From the IMG/VR virus record IMGVR_UViG_3300036779_000023, positions 897 to 64,896 of that record: DNA of 64,000 bases. One strand, written 5' to 3'. The translations under genes and the position numbers were made by a program. Below, in pieces: positions 52,195-61,590 of the stretch. The stretch is from a virus. Taxonomy: Duplodnaviria > Caudoviricetes. Within the stretch, counting starts at the first letter, position 1; each line of letters begins with the position of its first letter. Under the pieces are notes generated by a model, which did not search any database, was not told the origin of the DNA, and was given only the letters and a program-made list of their open reading frames with translations.

Positions 52195-52406
52195 TGCCAA
52201 CAATGTGGGTGCTGTTCTACATGACCTCGCTCACCGCGCCGCTGACGCCGATCTTCGGCTTCACCAGCCTCAAGTCCTGCGAGGGCACCCGGGTGCAGAT
52301 GGAACGCCAGCTCGGAGTGCGCAAATCAGCGTGCATCGCGATCGCTGCCACCGCGCCGGCTCTCCCGCCGGCTCCGGGCAATGGCCCCGAAGAGCACCAA
52401 CCATGA
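52191..52406 (+). CDS. Hypothetical protein
   Basis: GTGA overlap, GGAGG SD. Confidence 0.5.
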   Translation: MMPTMWVLFYMTSLTAPLTPIFGFTSLKSCEGTRVQMERQLGVRKSACIAIAATAPALPPAPGNGPEEHQP

Positions 52407-52780
52407 CTGAGCGCGTGCCGACCCCGATTGCGACCGTCCAGCTGATCAAGGCGATCCTCAACCAAGACCGGCGCGAGCGCCATGCGGCCGGCTACAAGCA
52501 GGGCACCAACGGACTGGCGAAGCGGATCGCGGCAGCCTTCGGGATGAAGCTCGAAACCGTCCTCAAGATCATGCAGCGCAAACGCCACAAGCACGTCAGC
52601 GTGCCATGCGGCCTGCATCGCGGGCTCACCCGGGAACCCGAGGTGCTGGAGAAAATACGTCAGCGTCGCATACGCGAAGGCGCCATAGCAGCCTCGTGGA
52701 GAGGCGATAACCCGGCCCGGTATAGGGGACGGGACTCCTACCGGAAACGCCTGCGCGCCTCCCCCGCCGCCCGTAAATAG
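52403..52780 (+). CDS. Basic HTH-like protein
   Basis: LAKRIAAAFGMKLETVLKIMQRKRHKHV; ATGA overlap. Confidence 0.5.
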   Translation: MTERVPTPIATVQLIKAILNQDRRERHAAGYKQGTNGLAKRIAAAFGMKLETVLKIMQRKRHKHVSVPCGLHRGLTREPEVLEKIRQRRIREGAIAASWRGDNPARYRGRDSYRKRLRASPAARK

Positions 52781-52784
52781 CCTT

Positions 52785-53711
52785 CTAGGCCGGATAGACC
52801 ACCTCGACCTCATCGTCGGTGTCGAGATCGAGCGCGGCGAGCAGGGCGGGGGACAAGTCAGCCACCCTGTCCGTATCCTCATGCGGGCCCCAGTCCGCCG
52901 GCCACGCCAGCAGCGCCTTGCCGGTCTTGACCGAGCGCACCAAGGCTTTCTTGTCCTTGTCGTCGAGCATGGTCTTGGGCGTGGTGTCGTAGTCCCAGCG
53001 GCAGGCGATGTAGAACACGTCGGGATCGAGGCGCCGGGCGAGCCCGGTGGTTCCTTGTGGCTGTCTGGGCAGGAACAGATGCGGCGCCTGCTCGACGTCG
53101 TAAATGAACGCCAGCCCTTCGTCGGCCGACACGCCGTCATCCTGCGGGCCGCCGAACCAAGAGCATTTGCCGGCAGCCGAGAACGCCATTTCGGTCGGAG
53201 GCCGCAAGCCCACATGCGCAATCGCCCTACAGATGTCCTCGAAATGCTCCTCGTACTCGCCGCAGTCGGCCGTCGAATCGACAAAGCACGTCTCGATCAG
53301 GATCGCCGGTTCGTCGCAGCCGTTGAGAAAGGCCAGATCATCGCGATATTTGGGCCCGCGATTGTAGAGATGCCCAGCCTCGGCTATCGCGGCCGAGACC
53401 CGGCGCGCGAGGTCTTCCTGCGACAGGTACAGCACCTCGACGCCCATGGCCTTGTCGGTGGGTTCGAAGGCGTTGAAGTGGATCGAGACATCGAGATCGC
53501 GATCCTGCGCGTTGTGGAAGTTGACGATGGTGTCAAGGTTCTCGCTCTGCGTCGTCGAGGTATCGTCGTTGAACTCGATCACCTGATAGCCGATGCGCCT
53601 CAAGTAGCTCGCCACGTTGGCGACCACGCGCCGCGCCTCGTCGACTTCGTCGATGATGCCGCTGGCACCGCGCACCTGAAGCCCGTGTCCCGATGAAATA
53701 ACAATCTTCAT
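52785..53711 (-). CDS. Endolysin: N-acetylmuramoyl-L-alanine amidase (Amidase_3) plus C-terminal DPBB/RlpA-like domain
   Basis: VISSGHG...DEV.E...VSIHFNA...ILIETCFVD; then CSWFGGP.D...YIACRW...DWGP...RVADLSP. Confidence 0.85.
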   Translation of the reverse strand: MKIVISSGHGLQVRGASGIIDEVDEARRVVANVASYLRRIGYQVIEFNDDTSTTQSENLDTIVNFHNAQDRDLDVSIHFNAFEPTDKAMGVEVLYLSQEDLARRVSAAIAEAGHLYNRGPKYRDDLAFLNGCDEPAILIETCFVDSTADCGEYEEHFEDICRAIAHVGLRPPTEMAFSAAGKCSWFGGPQDDGVSADEGLAFIYDVEQAPHLFLPRQPQGTTGLARRLDPDVFYIACRWDYDTTPKTMLDDKDKKALVRSVKTGKALLAWPADWGPHEDTDRVADLSPALLAALDLDTDDEVEVVYPA

Positions 53712-53929
53712 TTCGACTCCTCTACCAGTTTTTGGACTGTCGAGCAGGTTTCGGTCACGGCGACGAACTTGCCGTCCGTCAGACCGATCATGCAATGCGC
53801 ATTGGCTGGGAAATGCTCAGCCCTCGGATGCATCGGCGAGCGCAGCACGGTCACCTGTCCCGGCGCGATGCGGACCTCGCCGCCGTCTGCACCATGCAGC
53901 ACAAGGATGATGACGGTCGCAAGCAGCAT
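53708..53929 (-). CDS. Small protein with hydrophobic N-terminus, FlbD-like
   Basis: MLLATVIILVLHG.DG.E..I.P..V...C.I...DGK.V.V.ETC..V. Confidence 0.6.
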   Translation of the reverse strand: MLLATVIILVLHGADGGEVRIAPGQVTVLRSPMHPRAEHFPANAHCMIGLTDGKFVAVTETCSTVQKLVEESK

Positions 53930-55326
53930 CACTGCACTCGGACGATGTAGCTCAAGGCCATGGTGTGCTGGATCACCGGGAAAGGCGTGCTCGATCCGGC
54001 GTTGCTGGTGTAGTTCGCCGCCGCGCCTGAGACATAGACGCCGACCCCGGCCGTACTGGTCAGGTTGGTGCCGTTCGCCGAGGTGACATAGGCGCCGGTG
54101 GCCTTGGAGCCCACCGTATTGGCGCCGTTGCCGCTGTTCATGTAGACGCCGGTCCCCGCGGCGTATGTCGCATTGTTGCCCTGCACCCCGCCGTTCACGA
54201 GGACGCCGGTCCCGGCTGCGGAGATGGTGATCGCTGCGGGCCCACCACCTTGGCTGCCACCCTGATAGTACTGGTAGACCAGATTGGATGAGCCGTAGAC
54301 GCCGCCCGTGACGCCGTGGGTGTGTCCCGGATCGTATATGCCCGCCGTGTGGGCATGGGTCGGATCGGCCGTCGAGGTGGCGTGGAAGTGCCCGGGATCG
54401 GCCAGCGACATGCCATGGTAGTGGCCCGGATCGGCGATCGGCGCATAATGATTGTGCGCCACCAGCTCGGCGATCGCCATGACGTGCTGTTCGCTGCCGT
54501 TGGCGCAAGTCGCGCCGATCACGTTCATCGCCGTGCCGCAGCCGGTCGCCGCACTGGTCAGGCGATTGGTCGCGGTGGCGCCGCCCATGCTATCGACGCC
54601 GGCCGCAACCCGGCCTTGCAGATCGATGATGCGGAACTGGCCCGCCGCGCAGCCGCCGGTGCCCGGTGAGCCCAGCGCCGCATAATAGAACGCATAGGTC
54701 GCCTGCGAGAGGCACTGACCGTTGGCGAAAGCCCAGTTGGCGTTGGGCACGCTCGCCAGCGTATAGGGCAGCACCACGCCGATCGGCGCGGAGTCGTAGA
54801 TGCTGACGTTGGAGACGTTGCGCAGAATCCACGCGCTGCTCGCGGCGGTGAACTTCATCGTGTAGGGATTGCCCGCCACCAGATACAGCGCGGGCACCGC
54901 AACGCCCGCCGCCTGCTGGATCGGATAGGCGGTGCCGCCGGCATCGACCGCCAAGGTCGGATTGGCCGCATTGGTGACGTTGAAGTTGACGCCGATCACC
55001 TGACCGTCGTTCGGCGTTGGCGTCGGGAATCCCTGATTGGTCGCGACCGTGTAGGCGGTTGGGCCGCCCGCCGTCGTCAGTGCACCAGAGGTGTCCTGCC
55101 CTTGCTCGGCGAGCCGCGCCATCATCGCGCGCGCCGAGTCGTTCACAGCGGACGGCGACATGCCCTCCGCCCAGTTGATCGACGGGTCCGCCACCGAATT
55201 GTTGATCGCGGTCTTCGACCACTGCCAGAATGCCGCCCGCGCCGATTCGATCGCGAACTGGCCGCCGATCGAGGCCGCGATGAACAATAGCGCCAAGCCG
55301 ACGAAGTTGCGGATGTGCGTCTTCAT
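53929..55326 (-). CDS. Tail fibre with tail-collar domain, HxH repeats and signal-peptide-like leader
   Basis: WS.TA..N...D..INWAEG..PS.VNDSARAMMA; PIGVVLPY...W.FANG...DLQGRV.AG; five DP[GT]HxH-type repeats. Confidence 0.8.
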   Translation of the reverse strand: MKTHIRNFVGLALLFIAASIGGQFAIESARAAFWQWSKTAINNSVADPSINWAEGMSPSAVNDSARAMMARLAEQGQDTSGALTTAGGPTAYTVATNQGFPTPTPNDGQVIGVNFNVTNAANPTLAVDAGGTAYPIQQAAGVAVPALYLVAGNPYTMKFTAASSAWILRNVSNVSIYDSAPIGVVLPYTLASVPNANWAFANGQCLSQATYAFYYAALGSPGTGGCAAGQFRIIDLQGRVAAGVDSMGGATATNRLTSAATGCGTAMNVIGATCANGSEQHVMAIAELVAHNHYAPIADPGHYHGMSLADPGHFHATSTADPTHAHTAGIYDPGHTHGVTGGVYGSSNLVYQYYQGGSQGGGPAAITISAAGTGVLVNGGVQGNNATYAAGTGVYMNSGNGANTVGSKATGAYVTSANGTNLTSTAGVGVYVSGAAANYTSNAGSSTPFPVIQHTMALSYIVRVQ

Positions 55327-56099
55327 GAGGTGCTCCCCGTCTGTGGCGGCTGGTTCTGCATCGCCTGCGCCATCATGCGCGCCCGCATCATGGCCGGCGT
55401 CATCATCGGCTGGATTTGCATCCATTGGATCGGCGGCGGCTGGTCGCCCTCGGTTGATTTCCTCAGCGTCTCCGGGATCGATGCGAGCTTGTCGAGCAGC
55501 TCGTCCTCGTTCGGCGCCGCTGTATCAGAGGTCGCACCGTCCGTCGACTCGCCGGTAGCTGTCCCACGCACGCTACTGACAGCAGACGATCCGGGCCGAT
55601 TGCTGGCCACGCTGCCGCCGCCGATGTCGCCGCCGCCACCGAAGATTTTCGCCCGCCGCTCTAATTCGCGTCCCCAGCCCTGCTCGAACGATTGCGGCGT
55701 CTGCGGGCCCGACATGCCGGGATAGGCGTTGCCGGAGATGTTGGTCATGATGCCCTTGGAATAAAACCCCGGGCCTTGCTGGTGCATCATGTAGGTCTCG
55801 ATCGGCGACGGAGCCCGGCCGAATTTGTTGGCGAACCACGCATTGTTCTCGGCCGCGAGCGCCGCCGCCGCATTGGCATTGTCGCCGGCATTGTAGATGT
55901 CGCCGCTGCCATGACGCGCCCACTCCGATTGTGGGCCGCGTGAGCCGATCTGGAACAGCCCTTTGTACTGGACGTCCTTGTTGTAGTTGCTGGAGGCGTT
56001 GAGCGAACTTTCTATCGACGCAATTGCCTTCCAGTAGGAGGGGTCCATGCCAGCGCGCCCCGCTGTCCCCATCAGAGCATCATTCACCGAGGCATCCAT
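55323..56099 (-). CDS. Virion-associated lytic transglycosylase (SLT-like) ejection protein
   Basis: AIASIESS...YKGLFQI...Y.MHQQG; GGGAG SD before MDASV. Confidence 0.8.
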   Translation of the reverse strand: MDASVNDALMGTAGRAGMDPSYWKAIASIESSLNASSNYNKDVQYKGLFQIGSRGPQSEWARHGSGDIYNAGDNANAAAALAAENNAWFANKFGRAPSPIETYMMHQQGPGFYSKGIMTNISGNAYPGMSGPQTPQSFEQGWGRELERRAKIFGGGGDIGGGSVASNRPGSSAVSSVRGTATGESTDGATSDTAAPNEDELLDKLASIPETLRKSTEGDQPPPIQWMQIQPMMTPAMMRARMMAQAMQNQPPQTGSTS

Positions 56100-56271
56100 G
56101 TTGGAACGCTCCCTGTTGGTCTTCTTCGTCCTCTTGGCGATCGTGGTCGCCAATCTCCTGCACTTCCTCGCCCACTGGTTCGTCAACTCTCAGGGCATCC
56201 TGCCCGGGCTGCTGCTCGTCGGCGTGATCGTTTTGCTCGCGCAGGTGCTCGATCCTTACTGGGAAGACTGA
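56098..56271 (+). CDS. Antisense two-TM membrane protein (57 aa)
   Basis: MLERSLLVFFVLLAIVVANLLHFLAHWFVNSQGILPGLLLVGVIVLLAQVLDPYWED; GAGG SD; fills the gap between two minus-strand genes. Confidence 0.6.
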   Translation: MLERSLLVFFVLLAIVVANLLHFLAHWFVNSQGILPGLLLVGVIVLLAQVLDPYWED

Positions 56272-58892
56272 TCCGGCAGCCGCAGCGCCTGACCGATCGT
56301 CGCGCCGCCCCGCTGCGCGCCCGGCACCGCATAGACGGGCTTGCGGCCCAAGAACAGGTTGCGCGCCCGCGCCGCCTCCATCTGTCGCGCGATCGCCTCC
56401 CAGCCCATCCCGGCCACGTGCCCGGCCACCATCCCGGGCAGCCCGCCATGCGACAGCCCGAACATCCGTAATAGCTGCTTCGTCATCCCCTTCATCATGT
56501 GCTGGCCCATGAAGGCGGTGCCGGACGGGTTGGTGGTGCCGGGCACCGGGATCAGCTGCAGATGCGCGTCGGCAATCGCCTTCATCATCATCAGCTCATT
56601 GGTCGTGAACAATTCGCGCGCCATCGGGTTGTTGAGCAGCTTCGTGATCTGGGTGTTGATCTTCTGGTGCTCCCACGGCTTGCCGCCTTCCGGCTCCTCG
56701 CTGACACTGCGCCAGATGCCCTGCTTGAGCTGCCCGAGACCTTCCGGCGTCAGCACCCCCGGCTGCTGCAGGGCGCGAGCCAGCTCGGGCCCGCGCTTGC
56801 CCATCAACTGGCTGATCAGCTGCTGGCCGCTCGCCTCCTCGCCGGTGACGCGGCCCGACAGCTGCGCGACCGTCTGGGCAATGGTGCCGCGCGCCGGCAT
56901 GATGTCCGCAACGCCGCGCAGATTGTCGGCATGCTGCTGCAGCTGCGCGCGCTCGTTCGCATCGAGTAGCGTCGAAGCGTGCCGCTCGTTCTCAAGGAAG
57001 GCATCGATCCGGTCCGCCAAATCGGCAGGCGCGATCGGCTCCGCGCCGGGCTTTACCCGCGACAGGTTCAGCATCGCGCCGCGCTTGACCGCGCCCCACT
57101 CCGGGCTGTCGGCGCCGAACACGTTGTCGCGCAGATGGGTCAGGATCGGCACCGCGTTCTCGGGCACCGTTCCGCCGGGCTTGCCATACAGCGAGCCGAG
57201 GATTTTCTCCGGGCTCATCTCCTGACCCGGCACCTTGCCGACCGCCTTCTCCATGAAGCCGCCGACCACGTCGCCCGCCTGTCGCCGCGAGAACCGGGCG
57301 CGCTCCCACGAATGCGCCAGCCGCGCCGCCTGCTGCGCGTTGATGACGTCCTCGGGGTTGCCGCTGATGAGGCCGCCCTGTCTGCGCGCGGTTGATTCCT
57401 GCCAGTCGTCGAAGGCGTCGATGACGCGGCCGACCGCGCGCGCATCCTCATAGTTGCCCGAGGCGCGCGCCGCTGCATTGGCCATCCCGCGCTGGATCAC
57501 CAGCTGCTTGCGCACCATCTCCATGTCCGCTGGCGTGATCGCATTGCCGGCGCCCCGGGTCTGGTCGGTGGTAAGCATGCCAAGTCTCGAGATTTCCTCG
57601 TTGATGGTGTCGAGCGCGTTGCTGGCATGCGGCGTCACGCCGGGCTTGATCTTGACCTGACCGGGCTGCGCGTCGAGGCTGGCGCGAATGTCGTCGCCGG
57701 CCCGCAGCAGGTAGCGCGGATTGTAGACCGCCGGCACCTGCGCCGACGCGTCGTAGGCCGCTCGGGTGGCCTGACGGGCTCCGGTAAAAAGATCGCGAAT
57801 CCGCTGGCTGATCGTCGCGCCTACGTCCCCGATTGTCGTAGGCTGCGCGGCGCCTCCGAAAGTTGTCGCCAGCTGCGCGGTCTGGCCGCGTGCGCCGAGG
57901 ATGCGCGCCGTCTCCGCCGCTGCCCGCGCCTGCTCCTGCGACACCAGATCAGAGACCGCCGCCTCGCCGCCCTCATGCGGAAACGTCACCCCGGCCGATT
58001 GCCCGGTGGGATCGAGCTGCGCGGCAAGATTGCTGTGCGCCTGTCCCATCGCCTGATTCGTCTGCGCATCGGCCGCCACCGCGTCGGGCTGGCCCATGGC
58101 GAGCAGCCGCTGCTCCTCGCGGGAGGCGCCGCGATCGCCGGTCACGACGCTTTCACGGACCGGGACATTGACGCCGGCCACATTGGGAATCTCGTTGGGG
58201 AGCCGATCGCGGAAGACACCGGCCGCCTTATCGAACACCTTGCCCACCGCCTTGCCGCCGAGCACACCCGCGCCGCCGGTGAGCGCGCCGGAAATCGCGC
58301 CCCGCGTCGGGTCCTCGCCGCGCGCGGCAGCATCGGCTGCCCCGATGCCGGCGCCTGACAATGCCCCCAACGGCACCGCGCTCGCCAGCCGGCCGGTCAT
58401 TCCCAAGGCCCGCGCCGCGCCCGGAATCGCGCCGCCAACACCGCCAAGCGCCACCGTGCCACCCACGCCCTGAATGATCGTACTGCGCACCGGATGCGCC
58501 GCCTCGTACGCCTCGCGGGCCTTGATCTCTTGGGCGAGATTTTTGGTGTAGCGATCGTGATAGGTCTCCCCGGGCGAGCCGGCTCCGGTCATCGGATGTA
58601 CCAGCGCAGATGCCGCCGCACTCGCGCGCTCTGCCACCGCCGGACCGAGAATCGGGACGCCTCGAATGGCCTGCTTGGCCTCGATCGCCTGCTGAGTGAA
58701 GCGGGGATCGCCCGGGTCAATCTCGGGCACTGCGTCAGCCACTGGAGCAGCTGGATTGCTAGGTGCTGAAACAGCTGGCGGCGCAGCGTCCGTGCCGTAA
58801 TGCCGGCGGATCGCATTTCCGACGACGTCCTGCGACGTCCCATCTGGAAATTCGAAGGTCGAGCCATCGGGGCCTTGCACGCTGATTGTCAT
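56256..58892 (-). CDS. Large DNA ejection/internal virion protein
   Basis: 878 aa; I.VQGPDG..FEFPDGT start, Gly/Ala hydrophobic segment, helical body. Confidence 0.7.
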   Translation of the reverse strand: MTISVQGPDGSTFEFPDGTSQDVVGNAIRRHYGTDAAPPAVSAPSNPAAPVADAVPEIDPGDPRFTQQAIEAKQAIRGVPILGPAVAERASAAASALVHPMTGAGSPGETYHDRYTKNLAQEIKAREAYEAAHPVRSTIIQGVGGTVALGGVGGAIPGAARALGMTGRLASAVPLGALSGAGIGAADAAARGEDPTRGAISGALTGGAGVLGGKAVGKVFDKAAGVFRDRLPNEIPNVAGVNVPVRESVVTGDRGASREEQRLLAMGQPDAVAADAQTNQAMGQAHSNLAAQLDPTGQSAGVTFPHEGGEAAVSDLVSQEQARAAAETARILGARGQTAQLATTFGGAAQPTTIGDVGATISQRIRDLFTGARQATRAAYDASAQVPAVYNPRYLLRAGDDIRASLDAQPGQVKIKPGVTPHASNALDTINEEISRLGMLTTDQTRGAGNAITPADMEMVRKQLVIQRGMANAAARASGNYEDARAVGRVIDAFDDWQESTARRQGGLISGNPEDVINAQQAARLAHSWERARFSRRQAGDVVGGFMEKAVGKVPGQEMSPEKILGSLYGKPGGTVPENAVPILTHLRDNVFGADSPEWGAVKRGAMLNLSRVKPGAEPIAPADLADRIDAFLENERHASTLLDANERAQLQQHADNLRGVADIMPARGTIAQTVAQLSGRVTGEEASGQQLISQLMGKRGPELARALQQPGVLTPEGLGQLKQGIWRSVSEEPEGGKPWEHQKINTQITKLLNNPMARELFTTNELMMMKAIADAHLQLIPVPGTTNPSGTAFMGQHMMKGMTKQLLRMFGLSHGGLPGMVAGHVAGMGWEAIARQMEAARARNLFLGRKPVYAVPGAQRGGATIGQALRLPDQSSQ

Positions 58893-61048
58893 GGTCCGCT
58901 GACCGGGTTGCCGTACTTGTCGAACTTGTAGGTGCCGGGCTTCATCGGCGCGGCTGCGGCCGGCGCTGCGGCCGGCGCTGCCGCTGCCGGCTGCCCGCGT
59001 TGCCGGCCTTCCAGAATGGCGATGTTGCGATCGATCTTATCGAGCAGCGCCTGCTGTTTCGGCGTCGTGAACTCCGCGCCGGCCGGTCGATAGCGCTCAT
59101 CCGGGAATAGGGCATCGCGCTGGTCGGTCATGGTGTTCAGATTGTCCTCGATGATCTTGCGCGCCGACCTGAGCGCGCCGGCCGCCTCCTTTCCCGATTT
59201 GAAGCCGCCGCCGAGCCGGTCCGCCGTCTCCTGTGCCTCGCCCTTGCTGGTGCCGCCCGACATCTTGCCCATTTCACGTGACAGATATTGTGCGGTGCCT
59301 TGATTTTCGGAAATCAGACCGGCCTGCTCGGGATAGCTGCCCTTGAGCCGGTTGATGCCCTGCGCGAGATAGGCGCCGCCGGGGATTTCCCACGCGTTCG
59401 ACAGATGCATCTTCACGAGGTTGTCGGAGATGTCGCCCATGTGCTGCAGCGAATTGTGGAAGCCGGTGATCTGTTTTCCGACGCCGCGATCGGGCGTCGC
59501 GAGCCCGGTCTCATAGGTACGCCGCTGATTGACCTTCTGGTCGTCCGCCTCCATGCCGATGTCGTGGCCGTACTTCTGCGCGATGAACTTGACCCGGGCG
59601 CCGATCTGCTTGTTGCCGCGCGGATCGTAGTTGCCGTGCAGATAGTTGACCACGGCCTGCCGCACATCGGGCGAGAACTGATTGAGGTAGTCCTCGCCGA
59701 CCTTGTTTTGGTCGAGCGTCTCCTCGCTGACGCCGGGCGCATAGAACGCCGACTGCTGCTGCGGCGGCGCCCCGGCCGTGCCCATCGGTTGTGCCATCCC
59801 GCCTTTTGCGCCCTCCGGCGCCGGCCGCCCGGCCACCTGCCCGACTGCTGGCCCGGCATTGGCGGCACCCTCGGCCCCGATGTGCTGGCCGTTGTCGATG
59901 TAGTAGGCCTTCGATGGATCGCGGGGATCGACAGCCAGATAGCGCGTGGTCTTCTCGCCCCATGAGTTGGTGCTCTCGATCGGCTTGATGTCGTACTTCT
60001 GCCCGGTGATGTAGGTCTCCATCATCTGCTTGCGGACATCGGCGTCCTGTGTCGCGGCGAGCGCGAGATTATGCGGAGCGCCCGCCGCGCGCAGCGCGTT
60101 GTAGACCGCCTGCTGGCCGCCGGCCTGCGTCTGCATCTTGATATCGGCCTGCATCGCCGGGATCGCGCCAGCAAACCCGCGCGACATGCCCTGCCAGACA
60201 TTCGGCGCACCCATCAGCCCGGCACCGAGCGCAAGCAGCATGTTCGAATGCTCGTGCAGCCCTTGCATGATCTTGCTGCCGAGATCGGGCAGCATGCCCG
60301 CCTGCTGTCCAGTCTGCTGGATCACGTTCGGGCCGCCACCCGCCTGCATGTTGGTCGAGCGCAGATCGGACGGCTGCGCGCCGGGCGCATTGGGCGCGGT
60401 CGACGGCGCGCCATCGGCTTCGCGCGGCTGCGCTGGCGGCGGCATATCCGCAGCTGCCGGCCTCGCACGCGGCAGCGGCACCGGGCCCGGAAGCGGCTGC
60501 GGCTGCTCGGCCTGTGCCTGCGTGGCGAGCTGGCTCAGCGCGCCTGTGCCTCCGCCCAGCGTGCTGGGCAACGCGCCGGCCTGCGCGCTCCACGGCAACA
60601 TCGGCTGCTCCGGCAAATCCTCGAACGCTTTCTTTCGCTTCCGCGTCCACTCGTCGAGCTTGGAGCCCGGCCGCGCGCCCGGCTCATGGGTGTACGGGTC
60701 GCCGATGTCGGTCGGCGTGGTGTAGGCCGGGTTCGACGCCAGCTCTGGCGGCAGACCACCAGTGGGTGGGGGAGCTGCTGGAGCCGGCGGAGCCGGCGTC
60801 GAGACGGTTTGCGGTGGCGGCGTCGGCAACGGCATGTTGGCCTGCGGCAGCGGCGCTGCGCCGCTCCTCGGCAGCGTGATTCCCATCAGCCGCTCGATCA
60901 GCGACTGTTGCGGCGCCGCTGTTGCCTCCTCCGGCTTTTTCTTCTTGCCGATCGGCTGACCTTCGGTGTCGACATCGACCATGCTCGGGTCGGCATTTGC
61001 CGTCCCGTAGCCCATACGATCCAACAGGTCCTGCAAATAGTCGGCCAA
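58889..61048 (-). CDS. DNA ejection/internal virion protein
   Basis: TTG start with GGAGG SD; Pro-rich N-half, LLALGAGLMG...GMSRG, helical C-half. Confidence 0.7.
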   Translation of the reverse strand: MADYLQDLLDRMGYGTANADPSMVDVDTEGQPIGKKKKPEEATAAPQQSLIERLMGITLPRSGAAPLPQANMPLPTPPPQTVSTPAPPAPAAPPPTGGLPPELASNPAYTTPTDIGDPYTHEPGARPGSKLDEWTRKRKKAFEDLPEQPMLPWSAQAGALPSTLGGGTGALSQLATQAQAEQPQPLPGPVPLPRARPAAADMPPPAQPREADGAPSTAPNAPGAQPSDLRSTNMQAGGGPNVIQQTGQQAGMLPDLGSKIMQGLHEHSNMLLALGAGLMGAPNVWQGMSRGFAGAIPAMQADIKMQTQAGGQQAVYNALRAAGAPHNLALAATQDADVRKQMMETYITGQKYDIKPIESTNSWGEKTTRYLAVDPRDPSKAYYIDNGQHIGAEGAANAGPAVGQVAGRPAPEGAKGGMAQPMGTAGAPPQQQSAFYAPGVSEETLDQNKVGEDYLNQFSPDVRQAVVNYLHGNYDPRGNKQIGARVKFIAQKYGHDIGMEADDQKVNQRRTYETGLATPDRGVGKQITGFHNSLQHMGDISDNLVKMHLSNAWEIPGGAYLAQGINRLKGSYPEQAGLISENQGTAQYLSREMGKMSGGTSKGEAQETADRLGGGFKSGKEAAGALRSARKIIEDNLNTMTDQRDALFPDERYRPAGAEFTTPKQQALLDKIDRNIAILEGRQRGQPAAAAPAAAPAAAAPMKPGTYKFDKYGNPVSGP

Positions 61049-61050
61049 CT

Positions 61051-61581
61051 TCAGCCTCCGAAGGTCGACGGCAGCATGCCGGCCTGCCCGAACGCAGCGG
61101 AGCCCGGCATTCCGGGCGGCGCCGCGCCTTGTCCGCCAGCTGACATGTTCTTCAGCCACTGCAGCAGCTGCACCGGGTTCATCTGCTGCGCGATGTTGGC
61201 GCCCATCCCACCCGGACCGCCCGCGCCACCCGGCGGCGGCATGAACTGCGGACCACCCGGAGCGCCACCCGGCGGATTGCCACCCGGCGGCGGTGCACCG
61301 ATGTTCGGCGCCATCGGACCAGCCGCCGGATTGCCGGGCAGGCCAGCGCCTGCAGCTCCCATGTTGGCACCTACGCCGGGCGGTGGCGGACCAGCGAATG
61401 GGCTGCCGGGCAACCCGGTCTGAGCCGCGCCGGGCGGCGGCGCCTGACCGCTGTTGATCAAGCTTGCCAAGCCTCCTTGGGCGCCGCCGAGCGCTTTGCC
61501 GAGGCCGGCGAACTGCTGGCCCATGTTGGTCGGCTGCGCGTACTGCAGCGGCATGAACTGCATGGGAGGAGGTGCGGGCAT
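61051..61581 (-). CDS. Uncharged P/G/A/Q/M low-complexity protein
   Basis: 176 aa with no D, E, R, H or C; AGGAG SD. Confidence 0.65.
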   Translation of the reverse strand: MPAPPPMQFMPLQYAQPTNMGQQFAGLGKALGGAQGGLASLINSGQAPPPGAAQTGLPGSPFAGPPPPGVGANMGAAGAGLPGNPAAGPMAPNIGAPPPGGNPPGGAPGGPQFMPPPGGAGGPGGMGANIAQQMNPVQLLQWLKNMSAGGQGAAPPGMPGSAAFGQAGMLPSTFGG

Positions 61582-61590
61582 GTCGTTCTC

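Noticed and set aside
54330-54460. DP[GT]HxH repeats in the tail fibre as a novel metal-binding system
   Set aside because: HxH metal knots are standard in T4 gp12/gp37-type fibres
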